Shown here: in pieces, positions 55,314 to 64,000 of the stretch
Numbering within the stretch: the stretch's first letter is position 1
How the letters are laid out: every line of letters begins with the position of its first letter
Virus record (IMG/VR): IMGVR_UViG_3300046534_001374
Coordinates: 32,001 to 96,000 of that record
From: a virus
Reading direction: 5' to 3' (one strand)
DNA: 64,000 bases
Notes under the pieces: model-generated
The model's database searches: none
What the model was told of the DNA's origin: nothing
Seen by the model: the letters and a program-made list of their open reading frames with translations, nothing else
Translations under genes and position numbers: made by a program

Positions 55314-56159
55314 ATGAGTAAGAAAAACGAGAAACATTATGTAATCAAGGAAGACCTTTGGCAGGAGATTAAGGAATTTTATGATTCCGAAGGGGCTATG
55401 GGCAACACATTAGGTGTTGTGATTGACAATATTGCCAACAAAATTATGACTAGTCAAAACTTCAGCGGATATCCTTATAAGCAAGAGATGATCAGTGATG
55501 CTGTTTTGAGGATGGTTACAACGTTATCAGAACGTAAATTTAAACTATGGAGTGACGCCAAATGTAAGAAAATCCAATATAGGTCTTTCGTAGGCTACAA
55601 GGTTGACGGTGAGGTTGATCTTGAAAAGGGCGAGGTTTTACAAGTTAATTCTTTTAATATCTTCGAAAATATTGAATCCCATGAACCTAAAAATAAGGTT
55701 GCGAAAAAAATTAAAGATGTATCAATATTTGATATTGACGCCGAACATTTTTTCCATGAAGATATTAAAGGAGTTGTCAAGAAAACCCCTTGTTGGAAAA
55801 AGAATAGAGTCGCAAAGGGGGTTAGTATTGTTAAAACTGGCGATCCTAATGATTTTTTGGAAATCCACACATATATCGAATCTGACAAGAAAGTTAATGG
55901 CCGAAACCTTTACGTTGTCGGTGACATGTATGATAAAGGAGGTAAGGTAGTTAGGCAGAAAAGTAATGCCTTTGGTTATCTATCTCAAATTGCGAAACAC
56001 GAAGCAGTCACTAGAATTAAAAAAGAAAAGAAAAACACCGACGCAATTCGAACACACCAAGAAGATGAAATGGTTTCGTTTCAGTCTGAGAATTGCGAGA
56101 TGACTCCGCAAAGAATTTTTGACGACAGTTACGAAAGTTACGATAGCAACAATGAGTAA
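55314..56159 (+). CDS. gp55: late sigma factor gp55 with ~140-aa insertion
   Basis: HYV, NFSGYPYK.EMISDA, SNAFGYLSQIA, RIKKEKK. Confidence 0.85.
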   Translation: MSKKNEKHYVIKEDLWQEIKEFYDSEGAMGNTLGVVIDNIANKIMTSQNFSGYPYKQEMISDAVLRMVTTLSERKFKLWSDAKCKKIQYRSFVGYKVDGEVDLEKGEVLQVNSFNIFENIESHEPKNKVAKKIKDVSIFDIDAEHFFHEDIKGVVKKTPCWKKNRVAKGVSIVKTGDPNDFLEIHTYIESDKKVNGRNLYVVGDMYDKGGKVVRQKSNAFGYLSQIAKHEAVTRIKKEKKNTDAIRTHQEDEMVSFQSENCEMTPQRIFDDSYESYDSNNE

Positions 56160-56391
56160 TATTAATATGTTTTATTTAATTGAAGACCACGAATATTGTA
56201 GCGATGTCGATGAGATCTACTGGCACCACAAAACAGTCCTATTCGAAAACGCTAATAAAAAAGTAGTTGAATTCGAACTTGGGAAATGTCATGATCACTC
56301 ATATGAGGTTTCGGGTTATCACATGGATTATTTGAAACATTTTATAGTGGATGAAGAAACACTAGAAACACTAGAACTACGGGGTTTATAA
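56152..56391 (+). CDS. hypothetical protein
   Basis: ORF. Confidence 0.6.
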   Translation: MSNINMFYLIEDHEYCSDVDEIYWHHKTVLFENANKKVVEFELGKCHDHSYEVSGYHMDYLKHFIVDEETLETLELRGL

Positions 56392-56582
56392 TGACACAAT
56401 TAGAAGGAACCTACGCAGAGGATGACGAGGAATTTGAATATGTATGTCGGGTATTTTGGTGGGGAAAGGGTTCCGATATAGAATGGGTTAATGGATCGGG
56501 GGAGGCTGTAGATGTAAGCCACGGCGATGTTTTGAGAATGTTTGGTAATGGCACATGGTGCGCACTGTATAGAAAAAAATAG
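56391..56582 (+). CDS. hypothetical protein
   Basis: ORF. Confidence 0.6.
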   Translation: MTQLEGTYAEDDEEFEYVCRVFWWGKGSDIEWVNGSGEAVDVSHGDVLRMFGNGTWCALYRKK

Positions 56583-56583
56583 T

Positions 56584-57651
56584 ATGAAAATTAAAGGTAA
56601 ACAAATAGGTATTATAGGAGATCTACACTTAGGTTCTAAGAACGGAACCCATGCAGATAAATGGGAGAAGGTTTATGACGATGTCCTAGAATGGATTGAA
56701 GAATCATTCTTAAACAGGGTTGAAACTATCATGTTCCTCGGAGATATCTTCGATGGGAGATTTAGCAAGACTAGTGAGAAAGCTATGTCTTTCAGGACAC
56801 TTAACTATGCCGATAAATTCTTTGAGCGTTTGGCTCAGAACTTTGAAGTTATTGCCTTCAGTGGTAACCATGATGTTTACTATAAAGATAGTTGTGAGGT
56901 TAGTGCTTTGACTCTGTTAGAAAACAAACCAAACATAAGAGTTGTATCTAAGCCAACGCCTTTTGAGGTTGATGATAGGGTTTATAAAATACTACCTTGG
57001 GCTTGCTGCCCATTTACCGGACATCAGAAGGGTGAGGTTTATGATGCAATCTTCGCTCACTTGGATATCCAAACATTTAAGATGAACGCTCACAAGGTCT
57101 CTGAGCACGGGTATACACCAAAAGCCTTATTCGAGATCTGCGATGTTGTTTATACCGGACATTATCACGGAAGACAACAGAGGGAATACCAGAAGGGTAA
57201 GAAGGGGATCTACTACGTAGGGACACCCCTACAGTTGGATTGGAATGAAGCAGGTAAGGACAGTTTCATTTACATTCTGGATCTATCTAAAAATAAAATG
57301 GTAGAAGAGTTTGAAAATGACTTTTCACCGAAACATATTAAAATGGATGCTAGTTCCATTATCAAAAATAAAGGAAAAGATATTGGTCATAATATTGTAG
57401 AGGTTTTGTGGGATATATCACCAGAGGAAAATCTAACAAAGATGGAAGGAGTTCTAGAAGGAATTCAAACCTTCTCACATAAAATGAACTTCGAAAAAAC
57501 CATCACCGTTGATGTCAATGAATTGAAACTTATAACCGAAGCTATTGAACCGACAGAACAAGCGGAGGAATATATCAATCAAATGGATTGGCCTAATACA
57601 GATAAAGTAGTTGAAAAATCAGTATCCTTCATTAACATCGTAAAAGTATGA
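56584..57651 (+). CDS. gp47: recombination endonuclease nuclease subunit (Mre11/SbcD)
   Basis: GDLHLG, LGDIFD, GNHD, GHYH. Confidence 0.9.
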   Translation: MKIKGKQIGIIGDLHLGSKNGTHADKWEKVYDDVLEWIEESFLNRVETIMFLGDIFDGRFSKTSEKAMSFRTLNYADKFFERLAQNFEVIAFSGNHDVYYKDSCEVSALTLLENKPNIRVVSKPTPFEVDDRVYKILPWACCPFTGHQKGEVYDAIFAHLDIQTFKMNAHKVSEHGYTPKALFEICDVVYTGHYHGRQQREYQKGKKGIYYVGTPLQLDWNEAGKDSFIYILDLSKNKMVEEFENDFSPKHIKMDASSIIKNKGKDIGHNIVEVLWDISPEENLTKMEGVLEGIQTFSHKMNFEKTITVDVNELKLITEAIEPTEQAEEYINQMDWPNTDKVVEKSVSFINIVKV

Positions 57652-58844
57652 GGAGTATCATTAGAGAGAAAAAAGACAGGGTTAATATAGGAGATCTTGA
57701 GTCTATGGGTATGGACAATCGCGGCGGGTTCCACCCTTCGGTATTTTTTGCTAAAAGGACAGGACATTCTGGGTTGGTTTATAATTACGTAGAACCTGCT
57801 TTATTTAAGACGTTATGGACTAAACCAACAACAAACGGAATCATTTACCGAAATGACCTGATTGATATGTTGAACGAACACCCCGACTATATGGTTGTAT
57901 CGCTACATCAAAATACCGTAGATATGAGATCCCTACTAGATGACGAAGAGTTAGGGTATTATGGATCAATTAGAGAATATAATCAGATTTGGTTTTATGA
58001 CACCCTAAACCGGATGGTTTTAGGTCTTGTATATAACGATAAGGGTTGTTCCCATACTACATTTTTTTGTTTAAAATCTGAAACTCATGTGGATTATATA
58101 AAAACGGTTGAAGACTACAAGTTGAGCGAAGAGGAATTTGTAAAGGACCAAATCCCTAAAGTATTTATATTAGAGAGTAATCAGTTAGAAGGTCTTTTCA
58201 AAACCCCTTTCGGGTTATCCGAGATAGATGTAGACCTTGATATGAACTATAATGAGGATATCCTCGATATGGACAACAATATGGAAAGGTTCATCAATAA
58301 TAAAGAAACCGGAAATGGCCTGTGTTTGTTACACGGCGACCCGTCAGGGGGTAAGACGAGTTACATTAAGCATTTGATACAGACATACCCAGCAACACCC
58401 TTTGTGTTTATAGCACCGTCTATGGTGACCGCATTCGCATCTCCTGAATTTACCTCGTTTTTGAGATCTAATAAGGGTGCTATTATGATTATTGAAGATG
58501 CTGAATCTATTCTTAGAAAGAGGGAGGACGGTGAGCGTAATGATTGTGTTGCCAACTTACTACAAATGACTGATGGTTTACTTTCGGATGCATATAATTT
58601 AAAGATCATAGCTACATTCAATACCGGATTGAAGCATATTGACGAGGCTCTTACAAGAAAGGGCAGGTTGCATGTAGAGTATAAATTCGGAAAGTTGTCA
58701 CTGTCCAAGTCTAAACTGAAAGCAAAGGAACTAGGTATAGACGAGGATCTAATCACAGATCCAATGATGTTAGGGGAAATTTATAACTTTCTTAAAGAAA
58801 ATGGTGTGAAAAAGGTGGAAAAAAGAAAAATTGGGTTTAATTAA
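57648..58844 (+). CDS. AAA+ ATPase
   Basis: LHGDPSGGKT, IIEDAE, TFN, ID.AL.RKGR. Confidence 0.85.
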   Translation: MRSIIREKKDRVNIGDLESMGMDNRGGFHPSVFFAKRTGHSGLVYNYVEPALFKTLWTKPTTNGIIYRNDLIDMLNEHPDYMVVSLHQNTVDMRSLLDDEELGYYGSIREYNQIWFYDTLNRMVLGLVYNDKGCSHTTFFCLKSETHVDYIKTVEDYKLSEEEFVKDQIPKVFILESNQLEGLFKTPFGLSEIDVDLDMNYNEDILDMDNNMERFINNKETGNGLCLLHGDPSGGKTSYIKHLIQTYPATPFVFIAPSMVTAFASPEFTSFLRSNKGAIMIIEDAESILRKREDGERNDCVANLLQMTDGLLSDAYNLKIIATFNTGLKHIDEALTRKGRLHVEYKFGKLSLSKSKLKAKELGIDEDLITDPMMLGEIYNFLKENGVKKVEKRKIGFN

Positions 58845-58849
58845 AGTTT

Positions 58850-59476
58850 ATGGCTAATAAGAAGACAGCAAAAACTAAGACAGCAACTGTAAAGAAAGAG
58901 GTTGCAACTACAGATATCGCAAATGTGTTTAAGGATGAAATTCCCCAAGCCAAAAAAAATTGGGCACCCAGTCAGGGTGTCGGCGAAGGGGGGGTGGTCG
59001 AAAGCTTTTCTGATGTTGAAGTTTCAGAGAATCAGTTTTCACCCGAAACTGATTTAAAAGGAGGAGTCCGACCCAACGTGGAATTGCAGTTGGCGGCTAT
59101 GCAAAATTCTATTGCGGAATTAGCTAAAATTCAAAGAGAATCCTTACAACTACAGGCTTCCGAACCTGCTGGAACTCCCCGTGGTCATGATATTGAACAA
59201 AATAATAGAAAAACTGCATTGACATCGGCTCAGAAGACTTCAACTTCAGTGAAATTGTCAGAACCACAACGCAGTCCAGCATATGTCGGAGGAAATCCAG
59301 AAGGACTTGAAGAGCGAGTTCGTAGATTTATTGCGGAGTTGGCGTCATACGAAACGAAAGCTCGCTCACTCAGTAAAGAAATGGTTCGGGATATTGATAT
59401 GAAGCGACAGGATTCGGCAAATGCCGATAACTTCAAATGGTTTCAAGATCGGTTGAACGACATTATTAAAGGATAA
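58850..59476 (+). CDS. hypothetical protein
   Basis: ORF. Confidence 0.7.
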   Translation: MANKKTAKTKTATVKKEVATTDIANVFKDEIPQAKKNWAPSQGVGEGGVVESFSDVEVSENQFSPETDLKGGVRPNVELQLAAMQNSIAELAKIQRESLQLQASEPAGTPRGHDIEQNNRKTALTSAQKTSTSVKLSEPQRSPAYVGGNPEGLEERVRRFIAELASYETKARSLSKEMVRDIDMKRQDSANADNFKWFQDRLNDIIKG

Positions 59477-59480
59477 AATT

Positions 59481-59711
59481 ATGAACGAAGAAACTAGAGA
59501 AACATACGAAGAGGAACTATTAAGGCTTCAAGTTGAAAATCAAAGGATACAAAACGCAATTTTATTGTCAAATCACACATCAGTGTCCTTACTATATCTC
59601 TTGAAGAGAGATATAGGTTGGACTGATGATGAATTGAAAGAAAACGAAGCATGGTTAATGAGGGAGTTTAAAGTTTCATTTGCTAACAATCAGACTTTAG
59701 CGTGTGGTTAG
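59481..59711 (+). CDS. hypothetical protein
   Basis: ORF. Confidence 0.6.
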   Translation: MNEETRETYEEELLRLQVENQRIQNAILLSNHTSVSLLYLLKRDIGWTDDELKENEAWLMREFKVSFANNQTLACG

Positions 59712-59714
59712 GGT

Positions 59715-60194
59715 ATGAAAATTATTGAAGGTAATTTATTAGACTTCCCCGAAGATATAGACTTCGCTTATCACAACGCGAATTGTAGAGCTTGTATGGG
59801 ATCTGGAATAGCTCTGGAGGTCAGAAAAAGATTTCCAGAGGTATTCCAATCTGATAAAGATTATTCGATTCAAGTAGGTCCGAGGAGACTAGGGAATTAT
59901 TCTTTTTCCAAATTGAAGAAAGCCCCCGATAAAAGAGTCTACAATTTGTATGGACAAGATTTGGGTGGCGAAGTTCCATTTAGGATTAAGTCTTATATGT
60001 CTGCTCTCCTCAAATCACTTAAACATATCAGGAATGAATGTAGCGTCAATAAAACCAAACTACCTATTCTAGGATTCCCTTGGTTAGTTGGTGCGGGATT
60101 AGGTGGCGGATATTTTCCATACATTAAAGATGTTACCGAATGGATGTTGGATCAAAATGGATTTGAAGGGGTGTGGGTAAAATTTAATGAATGA
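59715..60194 (+). CDS. macro domain (ADP-ribose binding/hydrolase, Tk.4-like)
   Basis: GNLL, NC...MGSGIA, NLYGQ, GAGLGGG. Confidence 0.9.
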   Translation: MKIIEGNLLDFPEDIDFAYHNANCRACMGSGIALEVRKRFPEVFQSDKDYSIQVGPRRLGNYSFSKLKKAPDKRVYNLYGQDLGGEVPFRIKSYMSALLKSLKHIRNECSVNKTKLPILGFPWLVGAGLGGGYFPYIKDVTEWMLDQNGFEGVWVKFNE

Positions 60195-60450
60195 TAAAGA
60201 TTTCCATTTGTTAGGCGAAGAAAGCGAAATCCAACACACACTCTGCATTGACATGGGTTTAGAGGAGCTTTATGGTTTGGATGTAGTCATAGACCGAGAA
60301 ATCGTAGACCAGCACCTAAGGACGTTTATATGTCCATTAAAGGGTGTTACATGGGTCTATTATGATGAACATCCCTTGGTCGTTACGTGGACAGAAGAAT
60401 TCGAAGGGACTACAACAACCTTCACTAGATTATTATTTGAGAGTTTATAG
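60187..60450 (+). CDS. hypothetical protein
   Basis: ORF. Confidence 0.6.
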   Translation: MNDKDFHLLGEESEIQHTLCIDMGLEELYGLDVVIDREIVDQHLRTFICPLKGVTWVYYDEHPLVVTWTEEFEGTTTTFTRLLFESL

Positions 60451-60485
60451 CTTGACCCGAAGAAAAAATAGCCCACCATCACCGT

Positions 60486-60935
60486 ATGGACCTAGCCGAT
60501 AAACCCTACGAGATTGGAGATGTAATCCAATCTATAGAAACCCACACATCACCCTCTATCGAGGAATGTATTGAAACCCCTGCCGATCATTGGTGGGTTC
60601 GTTTTGTCAAAATAGTTGTAGCAGAAACCGAAGACGACGTAGATATTGTTTACGGAAAATACACCTTGAATAACGAAAGTTGTATTTGTAGTTGTAGAGA
60701 TTGGGCGGGTATTTGGGATTTTGGAAATTATAGCTATAAACACCACTATAATTGTGAGCACTATGATGACACTATTATCGAAGTGGTCAGGGTCTCTTTA
60801 GATGGGAATTGTTATTACGAAAAGAGTATGTCGGAAGCATTAGAACATAAGAATGAAAACGACTCGGTTAAGTTTGAGTATATGTTTATGGAGAAATCCA
60901 ACTACGAAGAGCTACCTGAATTTGAAGGATTTTAA
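60486..60935 (+). CDS. hypothetical protein
   Basis: ORF with upstream TTGACC promoter. Confidence 0.65.
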   Translation: MDLADKPYEIGDVIQSIETHTSPSIEECIETPADHWWVRFVKIVVAETEDDVDIVYGKYTLNNESCICSCRDWAGIWDFGNYSYKHHYNCEHYDDTIIEVVRVSLDGNCYYEKSMSEALEHKNENDSVKFEYMFMEKSNYEELPEFEGF

Positions 60936-60937
60936 TT

Positions 60938-61384
60938 ATGAAAGAAATGAAAGAAGAATATAGTGTATCATATGATAGTTTTACAGATCGTTTTCATATT
61001 TATAAAACCGATGAACCAAACCCTTTAAAGCGCGGTATATCCGATGAAGATTTGACCGAAGAAAATAAACCCTTTTTTCAAAAACTAATCAATCAATACG
61101 CTGAAGAGAATAAGGATATTATCTATCAAAAGAAAGAATATAATAAAGTAAGCTCTTTGTTCGAAAACAATCGAAAAAAAGCTACAGTAGAGGGTGTTAA
61201 GATTATTTTACCTGATGATTTTAACCCTGATTTTGATGATTGGGAAAAATTTATCAAACATAAAACCAATACCGATTCTGTGTTTATTTATGATGATATT
61301 AGATTTCTCAGCGGAACTGCTGGATTTATGATTAAGGACAAACAAGGGAAAGTAAAAAAACAGTTAGTTATTTGGAGAAGTTAA
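60938..61384 (+). CDS. hypothetical protein
   Basis: ORF. Confidence 0.65.
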   Translation: MKEMKEEYSVSYDSFTDRFHIYKTDEPNPLKRGISDEDLTEENKPFFQKLINQYAEENKDIIYQKKEYNKVSSLFENNRKKATVEGVKIILPDDFNPDFDDWEKFIKHKTNTDSVFIYDDIRFLSGTAGFMIKDKQGKVKKQLVIWRS

Positions 61385-61474
61385 ATTTATAGTTGTGAGA
61401 TCAACTTTAAAAAACTCAATTATATTAGTTGCCTTGGAAGCACTGAAAACATCACCTACGACAAAGAAAAAAAT

Positions 61475-64000
61475 ATGTATAGACACGTTTATTACGACAA
61501 GAAAAGTTCCCAGATCCATGAAAACACATGGGATACCGAGGGAGAGAGAATTACAAAGGTTACCGATTTTAAACCTTTCCTGTTCACAGAGACAGACAAG
61601 AAAACCAAATACAAATCCATTTTTGGAACGTATCTAGAACCGCATCTATTTGATAATGATAGTAAGCGTTACTGGTTTGTTGAGAATAAGGATGAGAAGA
61701 TTTTCTACAATCTTCCACCAGAGCAGCAATACCTAATTGCAAACTATCGAAAGGTTCCGCAGGAGGAATTTTCGGTAAATCCAATCAGAACTTTCTTTCT
61801 GGATATTGAAGCACCAGCCAAATCTGAATTTCCTGCACCGAAAGATGCCAAGTATGAAATCGATCTTATGTCCATCTATGATTCCCTGACAGGGAAGTAT
61901 TATATGTGGGGTAAGAAAGCTTGGGATAGAAGTGGAGTTGAAGAGACCCTAGATAAACTCAACAAGGAAAAGGGTGAGGAAGGAAAACTACTCCCTATTT
62001 CTATTGATGATATTGTGTATTATGAGATAGAAGATGAGAAGGAACGACTTACCCATATGCTCAATTTTTGGGTTAAGAATTATCCCGATATTTACACAGG
62101 CTGGAACTGTAATGGTTTCGATACAGTCTATATCATTAATAGATTGAAGCTTGTATTGGGTGGAAAACACTACCAGAAGCTTTCACCTTACGGTAAGGTT
62201 ACAGCCAAAGAAGGTTTCGATAAATTCGGAAACCCCGAAATTCGTTATAATATCCACGGCATTAACGTTATGGATTATATGGATGTGTTTTCTACTTTCA
62301 CCTTTAAGGCTGAGAGAGAAAGTTGGTCTCTGGATGCAGTTGCTAGCGATATCCTAGAATGCGGTAAGGTCGATGCTGGGATGTCTCTCTACGATCTATC
62401 CATAAAAGATTGGCCCAAATACAGCCTCTATAACTTGGTTGACGTAGCTCTTCTAGTTTCTATGGATGCCGAGTTGGAATTCCTTGAAACGTCTCGCCAG
62501 ACGGCATATGAGGGGTTCTCCAACTATGTCGAGAGCTTGGGTAAGATCAAGGTTATTAATGGATCTATTGCGGCAAGTGCTGTTAACAAAGGTGTGTTTG
62601 TTCCTTCGGCTAAAAGATCGCAACCAGTATCCTTTGAGGGTGGGTTTGTTAAAGAACCAACTGTGGGGCTGACAACAAATCTATTTTCTTACGATATCAC
62701 ATCACTATATCCAACGAATATGATTTCATTGAACACTTCATTGGAAACCAAAGTTGGATCTGTCCAAGGTCAAGACGGCGAGTTTATCATTTACACCGAC
62801 TACGGAACTTCCTGTAAAGTCAGGGAAGATCGATTCCTAGATGAGATGAGAGAAAAGGGCTATTGTGTTTCAAAAGCTGATGTTATTTTTGACTTGAACA
62901 AATCAGGTATTGTTATCGAATTTATTCAAAAGCAGTTTGATAACAAAAGCCTGTATACGAAAAAAGCCGACCAATGTCTCTCAAAAGATGATTTTGAGGG
63001 TGCTAAATACTGGCAGAGAAAAGCGAAGATCACCAAGATTTTTCTTAATAGTTGTTATGGGATGATTTCAGCAGCAGCTTCACCTCTTTATGATTTGGAT
63101 ATTGCCCGTTCAATTACTTTAACTGGACAAGGTGTTACTAAGAATGCGATTGATGAGATACAAAAGTTGTTTAAAAAAAGTTATGGTTGTGAAGAAGATC
63201 CGGTTGTGGGCGGGGACACGGATAGTGTTATGGTTACGTTCGATTCCGTAGTTAAACACTACGGTAAAGAATTCTTTGAAAATGAAGCACTAACCCCTTT
63301 CGGTAAAATCTATTCTGATAAGATTGGTGATTTTCTTAATAAGATCACTAATGATTGGGCTAGAGATACGATGGCTTGCACCAAACCTACGTATAACTTT
63401 GGTAGGGAAAAAGCAGCACCAACCGCTTTGTTCTTTGCTAAAAAGCAATATGCATACTACGTCCTAGATAACGAAGGCTTTCCTCTCCCCGAAAAGAAGA
63501 GGATGAAATACACTGGGTTGAAGGTTATCAAATCCGAATATTCGCCTATGGTGAAGGGTTTGTTCAACGAGCTGTATTTTGAAACTCTCGCCAAATATCT
63601 GGAGATGGGTCATAAGTTTAATAGGATTCATTTATGTAAAATTTTAGCGAAACATAAGGAGCAGTTTTTCAAGGCAAGTTTTTCAGACGTGTCTAAAAGA
63701 CAGAGAGCAAACAACCTGTCCCTATACGAGAATGGTGGTTCTAGAGTTAATAAAGAAGGATCGACTGTTATTACCGAAGGTTTTAGAGAACGTTATGTCG
63801 CAGGGAGTCGTTGTCCTGCCCAAGTCAAGTCTTGTGTATTTCATAATAGGATCGTCGAAGACTTGGGACTAAAAGGGAAGTATCAATTACATCAAGGAGG
63901 TGTTAAAGCTCTGTGGTGTTATATTAAACCTAATGAATATGGTATCGAGTCTATCGCGGGCAGTAATCAGAAACTACCTGAAGAGTTTGGTTTGGAGATA
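61475..64000 (+). CDS. gp43: family B DNA polymerase, truncated by window edge
   Basis: MYRHVYYD..., FLDIE, GWN..FD, YDITSLYP, KIFLNSCYG, GGDTDS, KKQY; absent from ORF track because it has no stop in the window. Confidence 0.95.
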   Translation, partial: MYRHVYYDKKSSQIHENTWDTEGERITKVTDFKPFLFTETDKKTKYKSIFGTYLEPHLFDNDSKRYWFVENKDEKIFYNLPPEQQYLIANYRKVPQEEFSVNPIRTFFLDIEAPAKSEFPAPKDAKYEIDLMSIYDSLTGKYYMWGKKAWDRSGVEETLDKLNKEKGEEGKLLPISIDDIVYYEIEDEKERLTHMLNFWVKNYPDIYTGWNCNGFDTVYIINRLKLVLGGKHYQKLSPYGKVTAKEGFDKFGNPEIRYNIHGINVMDYMDVFSTFTFKAERESWSLDAVASDILECGKVDAGMSLYDLSIKDWPKYSLYNLVDVALLVSMDAELEFLETSRQTAYEGFSNYVESLGKIKVINGSIAASAVNKGVFVPSAKRSQPVSFEGGFVKEPTVGLTTNLFSYDITSLYPTNMISLNTSLETKVGSVQGQDGEFIIYTDYGTSCKVREDRFLDEMREKGYCVSKADVIFDLNKSGIVIEFIQKQFDNKSLYTKKADQCLSKDDFEGAKYWQRKAKITKIFLNSCYGMISAAASPLYDLDIARSITLTGQGVTKNAIDEIQKLFKKSYGCEEDPVVGGDTDSVMVTFDSVVKHYGKEFFENEALTPFGKIYSDKIGDFLNKITNDWARDTMACTKPTYNFGREKAAPTALFFAKKQYAYYVLDNEGFPLPEKKRMKYTGLKVIKSEYSPMVKGLFNELYFETLAKYLEMGHKFNRIHLCKILAKHKEQFFKASFSDVSKRQRANNLSLYENGGSRVNKEGSTVITEGFRERYVAGSRCPAQVKSCVFHNRIVEDLGLKGKYQLHQGGVKALWCYIKPNEYGIESIAGSNQKLPEEFGLEI

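Noticed and set aside
55542-55961. Intein in gp55
   Set aside because: No C/S start with HN-C/S/T end and no LAGLIDADG motifs.
61395-62672. Small ORFs at 61395, 62151 and 62466
   Set aside because: Out-of-frame overlaps with the DNA polymerase ORF starting at 61475.
1-64000. CRISPR array
   Set aside because: No regularly spaced repeat-spacer series seen; the repeats found are pairs or coding tandem repeats.

Overview
Fragment of a large, AT-rich T4-like myovirus genome. It carries DNA polymerase gp43 (cut by the right edge), gp44, gp46, gp47, UvsW, UvsY, late sigma gp55, NrdA/NrdB, PhoH, a GroES homologue, an amidase endolysin, a holin-like gene, and neck/baseplate/tail genes (gp3, gp13, gp25, and gp26/27/29/48/54-like). 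These genes are scattered over both strands. Many late genes carry their own TAA(A/T/G)TA motif about 5 nt before the start codon, and many early genes have a sigma70-type promoter ending 6-9 nt before ATG, so mRNAs are probably leaderless. The most unusual part is the minus-strand tRNA region at about 0.9-9.7 kb. It holds about 10 near-canonical tRNAs plus many non-canonical ones: a tRNA with a 34-nt hairpin in its anticodon loop, an Arg(TCT) whose D-arm strand seems relocated into the variable arm, anticodon-less tRNA mimics, large RNAs capped by tRNA acceptor/T arms, and a duplicated 41-nt pseudoknot. At the head of this array sits a candidate ribosome-dependent attenuator (25-codon leader, antiterminator, terminator). 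Its leader codons closely match the anticodons encoded downstream, suggesting a tRNA-depletion sensor that switches on the phage tRNA supply. A 43-aa type IV pilin N-terminus mimic and a WGR-domain (possibly PARP) gene, both missing from the ORF track, are also present. All RNA folds were done by eye and protein calls rest on motif recognition; no database searches were run.
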